From NCBI RefSeq assembly GCF_000143415.4, contig NW_003314262.1, forward strand, positions 4,586,389 through 4,650,388: a DNA stretch of 64,000 bases, written 5' to 3'. The stretch is from Selaginella moellendorffii (Eukaryota > Plantae > Lycopodiophyta). This document shows, one piece after another, positions 1 to 11,193 of this stretch. Numbering within the stretch: position 1 is the first letter of the stretch; each line of letters starts with the position of its first letter. A program made the position numbers and the translations under genes. The notes under the pieces are model-generated. The model was not told where the DNA came from. It did not search any database and was given only the letters and a program-made list of their open reading frames with translations.

Positions 1-1093
1 ATCTCAGACTCGACCTTGGACTCCATGTCGAACTCCATCTTGGGTCCATCTCGAACTTCATTTCGGGTCCATTTTGAATTCCATCTCGGGTCTATATCGG
101 GTCCATCTCAAGTCCATATCAAACTCCATCTCGGACTCTTTCTTAGACTCCTTTTTGGACTCATTCTTGACACTTTCATGTGTCATTGTAGCGCATGTGA
201 TCATGGGATGAGATTTGGATATACTGTTACTGTGGATCCTTGGAACCTTGGGGGATAAATGGGGATAAAATAGCCACTAAGGGCTCTCTCATCAAGCAAT
301 TGCCCCTTTTCCAGTTGGCTTAAGGGGAGAGAGATAAGGTGCGCTACAGTTGGTATTAGAGAAAATGGCACAGGTTTGATTCCCATTGATTAATGGCTAC
401 CTAAAATATAATATACCCTTGAGCAAAGTATCTAAATTTGAAATCGTACGTATTGGGCATCCATGCGTACGTCTTTCCTCTTGTGTGGAGTATCCACGGA
501 CGAAGGTATCCACTGTGGGACTGCGGTACGGGTGAATGGCTAGTTGCCTCATATGGAATAATTGGTCTACACAATGGAAGGATTGGTAGATTCAGTGCGG
601 AAATGGAAGTGCTAATTCCCCTTGGCTCAGTAGAGGTTGTTAGTCAATAGTCAATGAGGACATTAACATCTCTGAAGGGGGGGTGAGTGTAACGCATGTG
701 ATTATGGGATGAGATTTAGATATACTGTCACCGTGGATCCTTGGAACCTTGGGGGATAAATGGGGATAAAATAGCCACTAAGGGCTCTCTCATCAAGCAA
801 TTGTCTTTTTTCTAGTTGGCTTAAGGGGAGAGAGATAAAGTGCGCTACAATTGGTATTAGAGCTGCATAACACTTGCCATGTGTTAGTCCTTCTTATATC
901 CTTTTTAGAGACTCATCACTGATTGCTTCATGCTCATCCCTCGAGCACTTCAATCAGAGTCCACTCCCACTCTCGACTTTCAAAGTTAGAGCCTTTGGTC
1001 CAAACATGTTATACTTGTTAGACTTCCACTTTGACCATTACTATGTGGCATATTTTCTGCTCCACTTTGGGGCTTAGGGATTTATGTCTCATA
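1..1093 (-). mobile_element. LTR (partial, runs off window start), same family as 7257-8974; interrupted by a TRIM
   Basis: Has GGACTCCATCTC-type 12-bp repeats at 1-170. Ends ...CTCCACTTTGGGGCTTAGGGATTTATGTCTCATA, matching the end of the LTR at 8974 (...GGGCTTAGGGATTTGTGTCTCACA). Confidence 0.75.
187..849 (+). mobile_element. TRIM (terminal-repeat retrotransposon in miniature), non-autonomous
   Basis: Two 162-bp direct repeats (187-348, 688-849), the first bounded by TGTAGCGCA...TGCGCTACA. tRNA-iMet-type PBS TGGTATTAGAG after LTR1, PPT GAAGGGGGGGTGAG before LTR2, and a non-coding interior of ~340 bp. Confidence 0.9.
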
Positions 1094-2050
1094 GTGGGGG
1101 TTTAACACGTTTAAGTGTTACTTATATATTACATAATTTTATAATTGTTTATAATTGTTTTTTGCTTGTCTATGACAAATGTTGCATAAGTTGGGTCTTT
1201 TTTCTTTGGATGCCTAAGTTTAAATGTAACTCTATTTTGCCTAAACTTCCTTCTTTTGCTTTGTCTAGGAAGATATAGAAGATAAAATATTTACCTTTTC
1301 ATCACTCCCCCATAACAAAGCTATTGTCTGTTCTTAGGTATGCTTTGGTGTAGATCATCGAGTTTTTGACACATTTTCTAATTTTCCTAGTCAAGCATTG
1401 CAATGCCCTAATCCAGCGATTGATGCACTCTGGATGTGGAAGCTAAATTCTACTGTTAAATTCTTGGATTATACAGCGTTGATAATTTTGCTTGCCCATG
1501 ACTCCATCCACTTTCTTAGTGATTGTTTTCAAATAACTCAAGACCTATATATGGTATTTTGTTGTTTCTTTGTCTTTTACCATCTATATTAGCTTGTCAA
1601 CTGGCTGCTTGTCTCCTCCTTTGATGTGTTGAGTAAGCTTCTCTATAAAGCTTCAGATTGCTAGCTCACTTGGCTAATTCATAATCTTGTGAGTGAAGGG
1701 GCAACTATCCTTGACTTTGTAGTGCTAATGCAGGGTCTTTGTTATTGTGGCTACCTCATCTTGCTAAACTAATCAGCTGAGAGGGTGTCATTATTGAATG
1801 CATAGGTGGACTAAAGAAGATTAAGCCCGTACTCTTTCCATTCACCTAGACCCTCTTTTGTAGTCTCATCCTCTTCATCCTGGTGAGTTTCTTGGCCATG
1901 ATCTTGGCCTAAACTCACCTCATTGGCTGTATCTACAGCCAATGGTTTTGTAGCATCTGTAGGCACATTGTGTGTCAGAATTTGTGGCCTAAGTTGTGGA
2001 ATTTCTTTCACAACTTTAGTATTCATCATTTGTCTAGTGTTGTCCATTTG

Positions 2051-2638
2051 TGTAGCACACCCTATCTCTCTCCCCTTAAGCCAACTGGAAAAAAGGCAAT
2101 TGCTTGATAAGAGAGCCCTTAGTGGCTATTTTATCCCCATTTATCCCCCAAGGTTCCAAGGATCCATGGTGACAGTATATCTAAATCTCATCCCATGATC
2201 ACATGCGCTACACTCACCCCCCTTTCAGAGATGTTAATGTCCTCATTGACTATTGACTAACAACCCCTACTGAGCCAAGAGGAACTAGCACCTCCATTTC
2301 CGCACTCAATCTACCAATCCTTCCATTGTGTAGACTAGCTATTCCATATGAGGTAACTAGTCATCCACCCGTACTGCAGTCCTATGGTGGATACCTTCGT
2401 TCGTGGATACTCCACATAAGAGGAAGGACGTACGCATGGATGCCCAATACATACGATTTCAAATTTAGGGGTAGGAATATACCTTGCTCAAGGGTATATT
2501 ATATTTTTAAATAGCCACTAATCAATGGGAATCGAACCCGGGAATCGAACCCGTGCCATTTGCTCCAATACCAACTGTAGCGCACCTTATCTCTTCTCCC
2601 TTAAGCCAACTGAAAAAAGGGCAATTGCTTGATGAGAG
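2051..2638 (-). mobile_element. Second TRIM copy (5' LTR runs into assembly gap)
   Basis: Reverse-complement match to 187-849: 3' LTR at 2051-2212, then PPT, interior and PBS; 5' LTR from 2576 into the Ns. Confidence 0.88.
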
Positions 2639-2742
2639 NNNNNNNNNNNNNNNNNNNNNNNNNNNNNNNNNNNNNNNNNNNNNNNNNNNNNNNNNNNNNN
2701 NNNNNNNNNNNNNNNNNNNNNNNNNNNNNNNNNNNNNNNNNN
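2639..2742. other. Assembly gap (N run)
   Basis: Run of n characters. Confidence 1.
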
Positions 2743-3499
2743 ATCGCAGATGCGTCGGCGTCCCCCTGCTTTGCATTGGCATCAGGGTAGATGTACATGA
2801 GTCATGACTTTGTTCTTGATTCAGGTGTGGTGTTTTACTTGCTGCATCTAGCTTTTCCATGGCATACTCAGCCACTAGATTCTTGTGGAATAAACCCTAA
2901 AGTTCTAAAAGCTTTGATTTTCAGATCTAGATAGAATTTCTTTTTGAGGGGAGAATTTCCCTTATTTAAATCCATATCATTAGGATCTTGGGAAGCTTAT
3001 TCTGCATCCACATCCTTTATGGGTGTCCCTTCTCTCAATATCTCTCTCGGAGGAGATACTGGGGGATTTTCCTAAGCTATATAATGCTTTTAGATGTGCC
3101 GTAAAAAGATGAAAAATCCCATCTTCACTTGCCTTCCCTTGCCTATCTATAAGGTAACATGCTTCATTTTAGCCACAAATCTATTGTAGGCGAAATGAAT
3201 TATGTTTATTTGCCTTCCAATCTCGATAGCTTTCAATAGGCAAGTTATCTTGATGTTAGCATTTTGTGCAACCATCCTCCCATCAATAATGGAACATAAC
3301 ACCTTAAGTCTAGCATAATAGTCAAGCTTTAAGTAAGTGAATTTGCCTCCTCGTCTAAATGTGTAGTTAGAGAAGATGTATTGATTAGGTATGCAATCTT
3401 TTTTGTTCATCATGATTATTTCACTCTTGTTATCTAGGCAAAAAATCTGAGAAAACCAGGTGAGTCCAAAGGGATGGACTCACTCGCAAAAGAGAAATG

Positions 3500-4750
3500 C
3501 ATGCTCTGTTAGATACCACTTTTGCATAAATTTGATCTTGTGCTTGATTGATATTTCTCCTTCAAGTCAATTTCTTGCAATATATCTATAAACCATCTGG
3601 CTTGAAAAAAAAATTGGCCTAGCTAGTTCTTGAAATTTATGGAGCTTGAGTTGCCATCAGGAAGCCATCCATCCCCAAGCTCTTGAAAGGAAGCTCGAAC
3701 GTATTCTAGAAGTGTTATGCTAGTGCGCATTGGTAAGGAATTTTGTATCTCATACTTGAAGTAGCTCCTTAGTAGCTATAATATTCTAAGTGATATAGAG
3801 CTTCTCCTTCATCACATTCTCAAGTTTGCTCTCGAACCTCTTATCATTGTTACAATGCCAAATGTTCAGGAGCTCCAAGCAAGAAGTTTGTTCATTGAAT
3901 AAGAGTTTGCTTTTTGTGATGTTATAGATCAATTCTTTAGGTGCTTTACCATTTTCTGCAACGACAAGGATTTCAAAATGGAATGAGAAAGATAAAAGGG
4001 ACTAACTTACTGCTACAAGAGTATATATTTGCAATGCAATCCAGCCAATCTTTATCGTGTTAGATGTCCACAATCTCAAGTAGTTTCTTCACCTTTGACT
4101 TCTTCGAGTTCAAAATGTGCTACTCTATTTGTCGTAGTTCAAGGTTGTTTTACACCTCATCCATCACTTGTGTAATCTTCAAGTATGAGTTGTTCCACCT
4201 TGACAATTGGCTAAAAGAAAAACTTGTGAGTATAAAACACAAGTTCATGCAAGAAAAGGATACTTTTGCCCAAATTACAACCAAAAAATCCATACGCACC
4301 TAGTACCAAGTAAGCAACTCTTAGCCTTTATGTGTTACAAGCTTTGCTTGAATTGCTTCCATAACTATGTGACTATACAGCATTTGGATTTCCTCGAGAG
4401 AAAACATGCCAATATATTAAAGATGCTCGATATCATGGACCAAGGTATGTGCTTGGAAAGAAAACTAATTAAGCCTGTAACATAGTTGGTGAGAACAAAG
4501 GTTATTAGTAAGGGATTCTTACATGTTGAATTTATGAAATACTAGGTTGAGCCTCACAACTTAGTTTCGATCTTTGGCTCCACAAGTGTCACTGGAACAC
4601 AAATAAGTCACTCATCATTATCCTGGAACTTCTCTTGGATACACGTCCAAAATGCTAGTGGTTTCCATCAATAATGAAGAACATCCACCCTACAAAGGTT
4701 TGTGTCTTATTGTGGCATGCCATCAAAGTATCAAACTCTTGAGATTTCCT
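3500..4750 (-). pseudogene. Highly decayed Ty3/gypsy pol fragments (RNase H end, integrase)
   Basis: Minus-strand remnants QARWFIDILQEID (~3570-3605) and an SKLVPF..PFEIL GPY/F-like segment (~3960-4010), with many stops. Boundaries approximate. Confidence 0.4.
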
Positions 4751-5739
4751 CTACCATATTTGATCCCAAGTTTGCTCGATGTTGCGAGTAGCCATATCTA
4801 TTTGATTTGTTCTAGGGAATGATGATAACATAATAAATGATCCAGCAATGTGCCCAAATCCAACCTTTGTGAAATAGGTATAAATAGCCATGTTGAAGTT
4901 ATAGGTTGAGTGCACCCGATGACTCTGCTTAAGATGGCAAAGTGGAATTTAAAGATGTTAGGGTCCTTTCCAAGCCATTTCACCTAACACCCTACTAATA
5001 TTTTGTTCTTGAGCTTGGATAATAGTCTCACATACTCGCTCATTCAAGATTGTGTTGGCCTCTAGCATAGTTACCACCTCATTTTTGTGACCTTCAACAA
5101 CAGCAATATGTCTGCCATTTCCACCACCAAGATCTACCCCACCACCTATGGCACTAGGTGCCTTATTTCCACCACCAAGATCTGCCCCACCACCTATAGC
5201 ACTAAGTGCCTCATTTCCACCACCACCAGCAACTTCTCCTATACTATAGATAGGTTCTACATTTCCGCACTCTCTAGAACCATCTAGCTCTTACATGTTA
5301 ACACCTAAATTAGGATCAACTATTACTTGGACCTAGACACTATTGCTCCCACCATAGTCTTCCTCCAAAGTAGCTCCTTGAACTTGTACCTAGGGTGCTC
5401 GTTATATATAAGCGTGAAGTAGTTAGGAATGATTATAAAATCATGTAGTATATAAATAACACTTAGACGTGTTAAGAAAAAACCCCATTCACTGTTGTAT
5501 GCATTTGTATTAAATTAACCACTTTTTCTCTCACCTATGACTATTTATACAAAGTAGAGTTGAGAGAGTGATATATGTTTATCCTTACTCATGCCTTTAG
5601 GGTTTGAGGCTGAGTTCTCTTTTATTCCTTTCTTCTCTTTTCTACATTTTTATCTCTGTTTATTTGTTACTATTTTATAGGCAAGGGCAAGAACGTGAGT
5701 ATAGGTAGAAAAAGCCTTACTCACTTTTGGCAATAATGG

Positions 5740-6810
5740 TAGAACTATTGGCTTTAATATTGCCACAGGTGCAATATTATTCTAGACACAATATGATAAA
5801 AAAGATCATCCTATCTACTATGCCAGCAAATGCTTAAATCCTACTGAGCATAATTACACAACTGTAGTTTACGCTTTAAAAAAATTTAAGCATTATCTTT
5901 TGGAAATAAAAGCAATTGTCTTTATTGACCATAAAGCTCTTTTATATCTTATTAATAAGCCATTGTTTGGCTAACTAGATGGTTTTTACTATTACAAGAA
6001 TATAATCTTGAAATAGTATATAGACCTGGAAAATTTTATAAATAGGCTAATTGCCTAAGTTGCATCATTATAGGAGGGTCACCTAATACTAAAGTAAATG
6101 AACTCCCATATGCTCATTTATTTGTAATCTTTATGCTTACCACTTGGTTGGAAGATATACAAATTTATCTTTCTACACACCGTTCCACCTCATTATAGCT
6201 TACGAGAGAAAAAGAAGTTTTTTTTTTTGAGGACATGACATTACTCTATTATAGGGGAGTGCCTATATAAATTAGACATCGATAAAACATTAAAGAGATG
6301 TGTTTATAAGCAAGAAAAAAAAAAAAATCCTAAGGGAAGCACACTTAAACTTATCAGGAGGCCATTTTGCAAATGAAATCACTACTAATAAAGTCTTATA
6401 AGTAGGGCTATGGTGGTTTATACTTGGAAAGATATAATAACTTTTTGCAAAAACTATGACATTTGCCAAAGGCATAAACTACTACCTAAAAAGTGAACTA
6501 AATCCATATAAAACATTTCATAAATGGGGATTAGATTTTATAGGACATATAATGACAAGAAGTAAGAGGAATAAATACATTTTAGTCACCATTAATTATA
6601 TGACTAAATAGCAGAAGCTATACCTATAAAACAAGCCTCAACTACTAACACTACCAAATTCCTCTATAAAAATATTATTGTAAAATTTGGTTAGAAAATG
6701 GAATGGTTTATTTATTTTGTTTAAAATATCAGGCTCAGGAATGGCTGAAGTGCACACCTTAAATGGGGATGATATTGCAATAATAAATTTAAATCATTTA
6801 AGGAAGTACT
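5740..6810 (+). pseudogene. Decayed Ty3/gypsy RNase H-integrase
   Basis: Translates to DHPIYYASKCLNPTEHNYTT..VVYALKKFKHYLL, then KWGLDFIG and NKYILVTINYMTK. AT-rich, with frameshifts. Confidence 0.75.
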
Positions 6811-8249
6811 ATGAAGTTATAAGCATAAATATTGTCTATATTTTAGTGTACAAAACTATGGATAAGTTCATGGATGAAGCCTTCACAAAGATTCATTGTG
6901 ATGAGTTATCTAAATGCATAAATAGGGTGGCCAACTAGATGAAGGATAGGGGTCTAGAAAAATTCTTCAAAACTATATCAAACTTTATAGACCTATAGGA
7001 AGGCAGATTGTTTCTTTAATTATAGGATCCTATAAAACTTGCTTTCAAAATGGATGAAGGGGATATTAAGATCACTCAAGATTTTATTTCTAAGCTTTTT
7101 ATCTCATCATAGAACTAGATAAGTGGAATTGGAGAGGAGTAGTCTTTCCTAATAAGCTCAGACAAGGATGTGTTCACTTAGAATAGAGGGAAAATACATC
7201 CCTGGGAAAGATTCATCTTTATACTAGAGAAACATTCATATATCTGAGTGCTTTCTTATAAGCGACTAAATTTTCCATTCTACTTTAGTCACTTAACCAC
7301 ACCTTCAACCATTTGGAGGAGTCTCACTCACAACCTTCGTAAGTTCTATTTTGGACTTAGGGACTTGTAAGCCCCAAGAATGGCATCCATACCACTCAAC
7401 CATTGCACTTGGTCCAAGTGATCCACATGTCCGATCCCATGACCGACACCTCAAGATACGACCGACATACCAGCCCGTTACGCTAAGGCCATGCCCATTC
7501 ACTTTGGTCACATAGGTAGTCAACCACCACCTACATCGTAGTCTCATCTCTCCAAAACTGGGCCATCCATCCATGAGTGACCATCCTAGGTCCACTCTTT
7601 AGCATCTTTAAAATGCCTACAAACATAAGGAATAGCCTTCCCCAATATCCTTTTTACAGTCTCTACTAAGTCCCTTTTCTGTCCATGGCCGTGTTCGCCA
7701 ACACTGCCACTAGGACAAGGCCCACAGGCCCAACCACTAAATCCCACTGTCCTCTGGGACTTCCTCATTATATGACCGTATCATTGGTCACTACACCAGA
7801 GGACCATTCCTCTTCCTTTCCATAATCTGGGACTTTGGGAGAACATTTCGGAACACCGTGGCCTTACGCAAGCCTCATGGGTACTCTCCCCACCTTCCAC
7901 CTTTGGGTGCTCTAGCCATGGGTTTAGAGCGAGGTTCCGTTGAGCCACGCTAGGTATCCAAATAGGTAATGCTACCCACACTTGGACTGAGAGCATCGGC
8001 CATTCGATCTCCCAAGGGAGCTAGAGCCGGCTCTTGAACACTTCACTAAGTTACCCCATTTGTTAGTCCATACTCACTCTAGGCTTGGACTTCCCAGTGG
8101 TTATCCCATACCCAACACTGGGTATAGCCTTCCTGGGCCAAATTGGCCTTTCCTGGCTAAACTGGCTCCACTGGAATCCTCCCTCTACTATACTTTTGGA
8201 GCTCACCAAACCCCCAAGGGTCTGGGAGACGAACGCTTTGGGCTTTCAC

Positions 8250-8748
8250 CCTCGGACTCAAACTCAAACTCGGACTCAGAGTCAGACTCGGACTCGGACT
8301 CGGACTCAGCCTCAGCCTTGGTCTCAGCCTCGGTCTCGGTCCCAGTCCCGATCTCGGTCTCAGTCTCGGTCTCGGTCTTGACTTCGGACTCCTTCTCGGA
8401 CTCCATCTCAGGTCCACCTTGGACTCTATCTCGGACTCCATCTTGGTCCATCTCGGACTCCATCTCAGGTCCATCTTGAACTCCATCTCGGGTCCATCTT
8501 GGACTCCATCTCGGACTCCATCTCGGGTCCATCTCAGACTCCAGCTCGAGTCCATCTCAGACTCTATCTCAAACTCCATCTTGTTCCATCTCGGACTCCA
8601 TCTCGGTCCATCTCGGACTCCATCTTTGGGTCCATCTCGGACTCCATCTTAGGTCCACCTCGGTCCATCTTGGACTCCATCTCATATCCATCTCGGACTC
8701 CATTTCAGACTCCATCTTGGGTCCATCTTGGTCCATCTCAGACTCTTC
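8250..8748. repeat. Tandem 6/12-bp minisatellite inside LTR (GGACTCCATCTC / GGGTCCATCTC units)
   Basis: Periodic array, directly visible; produces spurious SD/SP-rich ORFs in several frames. Confidence 0.92.
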
Positions 8749-10141
8749 CATGTGTCATGTGTTGGTCCTCTTGTGTCCCTTTTCTAGAGACTCACTTATT
8801 GCTCGCTTGGTGCTTGTTCCTCAAGCATTTCATTGGGAGTTCCACTCCTACTCTCGACCTTTCAAGTCGGAGCTTTTAGTCCAAACGTGTTACGCTTGTT
8901 TAGCTTTTGCTTCGGCCACTACCATGTGGCACCCTTTCAGCTCCATTTTGGGGCTTAGGGATTTGTGTCTCACAACTCCAACACCCACAGACGAAGTTCA
9001 ATGTCCTTATCGAACGATAAATTATTTTATAAAGTAATACCAGCATGTATTACCCTTCCTATCCTTGGCACCTAGCCAATATTTGTCAAGGGTTGGACAT
9101 CGAAGGCTCACCCTGCCTTGTCCATTCTCTAAGGAGCATAATCTCTCCAACTTAAAGACTTATTTGACTATTTGTGGTGGTTCTCTCCTTTTATTAGTTT
9201 AGTTTTTGCTAAACCGGTTAGAGACACTTTCTCTATCTTGATCCCACTACTCATTCTCGAGTAATCTTAGTTTCTATCAATATAACCATTCCTCTTTGGA
9301 ACTTTTAATATTGACTTCTCGAAGTCAATTTCCTAGGTGTCTCCGACACCTTTCATTGCACATATTGTGCAAACTCCACTTCTCCATCCTAAAAAGTTCT
9401 CTACTTGAGGGCACCATCCTCCTCTTTTCTATTTTGTGCTATCTTTAGCACTAAGTTCCAATTATCATAAATTGTGCTATAAAGCTCTATTTCGTTAAAG
9501 TGGGATTTATTTAGTAAAATGGGACTAGGTACAAATTTTCAAGTATTTGAAAATGACGTGAAATTATATGTTTTTTGTCCAGGGGCTAGACATATCTGGG
9601 GCATGGTGACTAGCGCGGTGACTTTGTGTCCAGACTGAGTCCATCTGGTTGTATAATAAATCTCATTGTCAAGGTGAACAAGCCGAATCTGAAGCTAAAG
9701 AAGAGCGATGGCATGCGCGCACACACTATTTGTTTGTTCATTGAGCGTGTGGTGAGCTTTCCAAGATGAACGTCATTCCTATTAGCCAAACATATAACTT
9801 AATGGTGAGAACATTTAGATATTATTCAATGTTATCTTTTTCTAACGAATCTAATTGTGAAGGTGTAGCAAGAGGCATTGCTAGTCTGGAGAAGTCATTT
9901 AACTCATTTGACCCTTAGTGTATTTTCATGAAACTAAATAACATTCATATTATTAAGGAATTTCTCTAGTACCTTTTTTTTACGACATAGAGGCTTGCAT
10001 TTCTTTCAAAGGTGATTTAGTAAAAGGCCTGAGGGCACATGCCATTCTATTTCTCAGACTGGTATTAAGATATACTAGTGCAAAGGGAAAAAGGTATTTG
10101 GTGATCAAGTAAATGGCATGAGGGCACACGCCATTATAAGC

Positions 10142-10400
10142 CTAAGCGCTAGTGGACACCTCCTTTTTGGTACTCTCAGCGGTACTATCATCCTTCTCCG
10201 GGTCAGTTGTTTTGCTTTGGATTGTTGTCTCTGATGTTACTGGGGCATTTTCGATAGTTGTTAATGTTGCCGTTTGTTCAGAAAAATGATCACCTGGAGT
10301 ATAGTACGAGGAGTTTGGAAGACTTATATATTCTACATCTTCACCTATCTCCTTCTCCGTCTCCTTTTCTGCCTCACTTACAGATTTTGTGCTTGCCATG
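10142..10400 (-). CDS. Possible small S/T/E-rich exon inside transposon, function unknown
   Basis: MASTKSVSEAEKETEKEIGEDVEY... is open in otherwise AT-rich sequence; no recognisable motif. Confidence 0.25.
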
Positions 10401-11193
10401 AGAACGCTCTTCACCCTAAAATATGGAGTTCGTTGTGTTATAAAAGGAAACCAACACACACGCTGCAAGGGAATGATGGTACATAAAGCACGTAAGCCCA
10501 CAATATGGGTTTATGTGCCATTAATATGGGCCACACGCCATATTATTAGATTTATGCACGTGTGATTGGTAAATGCATATGTCACATCATCTTTGTTTTA
10601 CCTCACACACTATATCAGGCCTAATGAACCATATCACATGTGCGCACATGCTATATATATGGAGAAGTATTATGCAAGGATAGAAAAATTCAATGCATGA
10701 TTGTGGAGAGCAATGGCATGAAGCCACATGCTAAATAACATTTTAGAGAAAGAATTAAAATAGAAACATGCAAACAGTACTGAGTGGACCAAGACTTAGA
10801 AGTGCACAATTGAATGAGGTATTTCTAATAAATATTTCACTCACCTCATATAGGAATGGCTACCACTCTCAAATGGCGTATCGCCTCATGCCATCACCTC
10901 GCAATTTGTTATAACAATCCGATGAATTCATATTCGGCTTGTTCACCTTGAACTTTAAGTAAGATTTGCTAGAACAACTAAGAATTTATACTTGTTATTT
11001 GTATCATCTCACCTAGGAATGGCATAAGGCCACATGCCATCACGCCTCCTCTGATTCAGATTCGGATTGTTCACCTTGAAATAAAATACATTAAAAACTT
11101 AGTAAAAGAATATTAATGAATCTCACCTTGAACCCAGGTTATGAATGCTCTTGCTGCATCTCTTGCATGGTCTGGCAAGGTGATGGTGGCACT

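Noticed and set aside
2525-2575. tRNA gene
   Set aside because: Only a T-arm/B-box is present; no cloverleaf can be built. It is part of the TRIM interior.
8060-9037. Several overlapping S/D/P/R-rich ORFs
   Set aside because: They are translation artefacts of the 12-bp minisatellite in an LTR, open in many frames on both strands.
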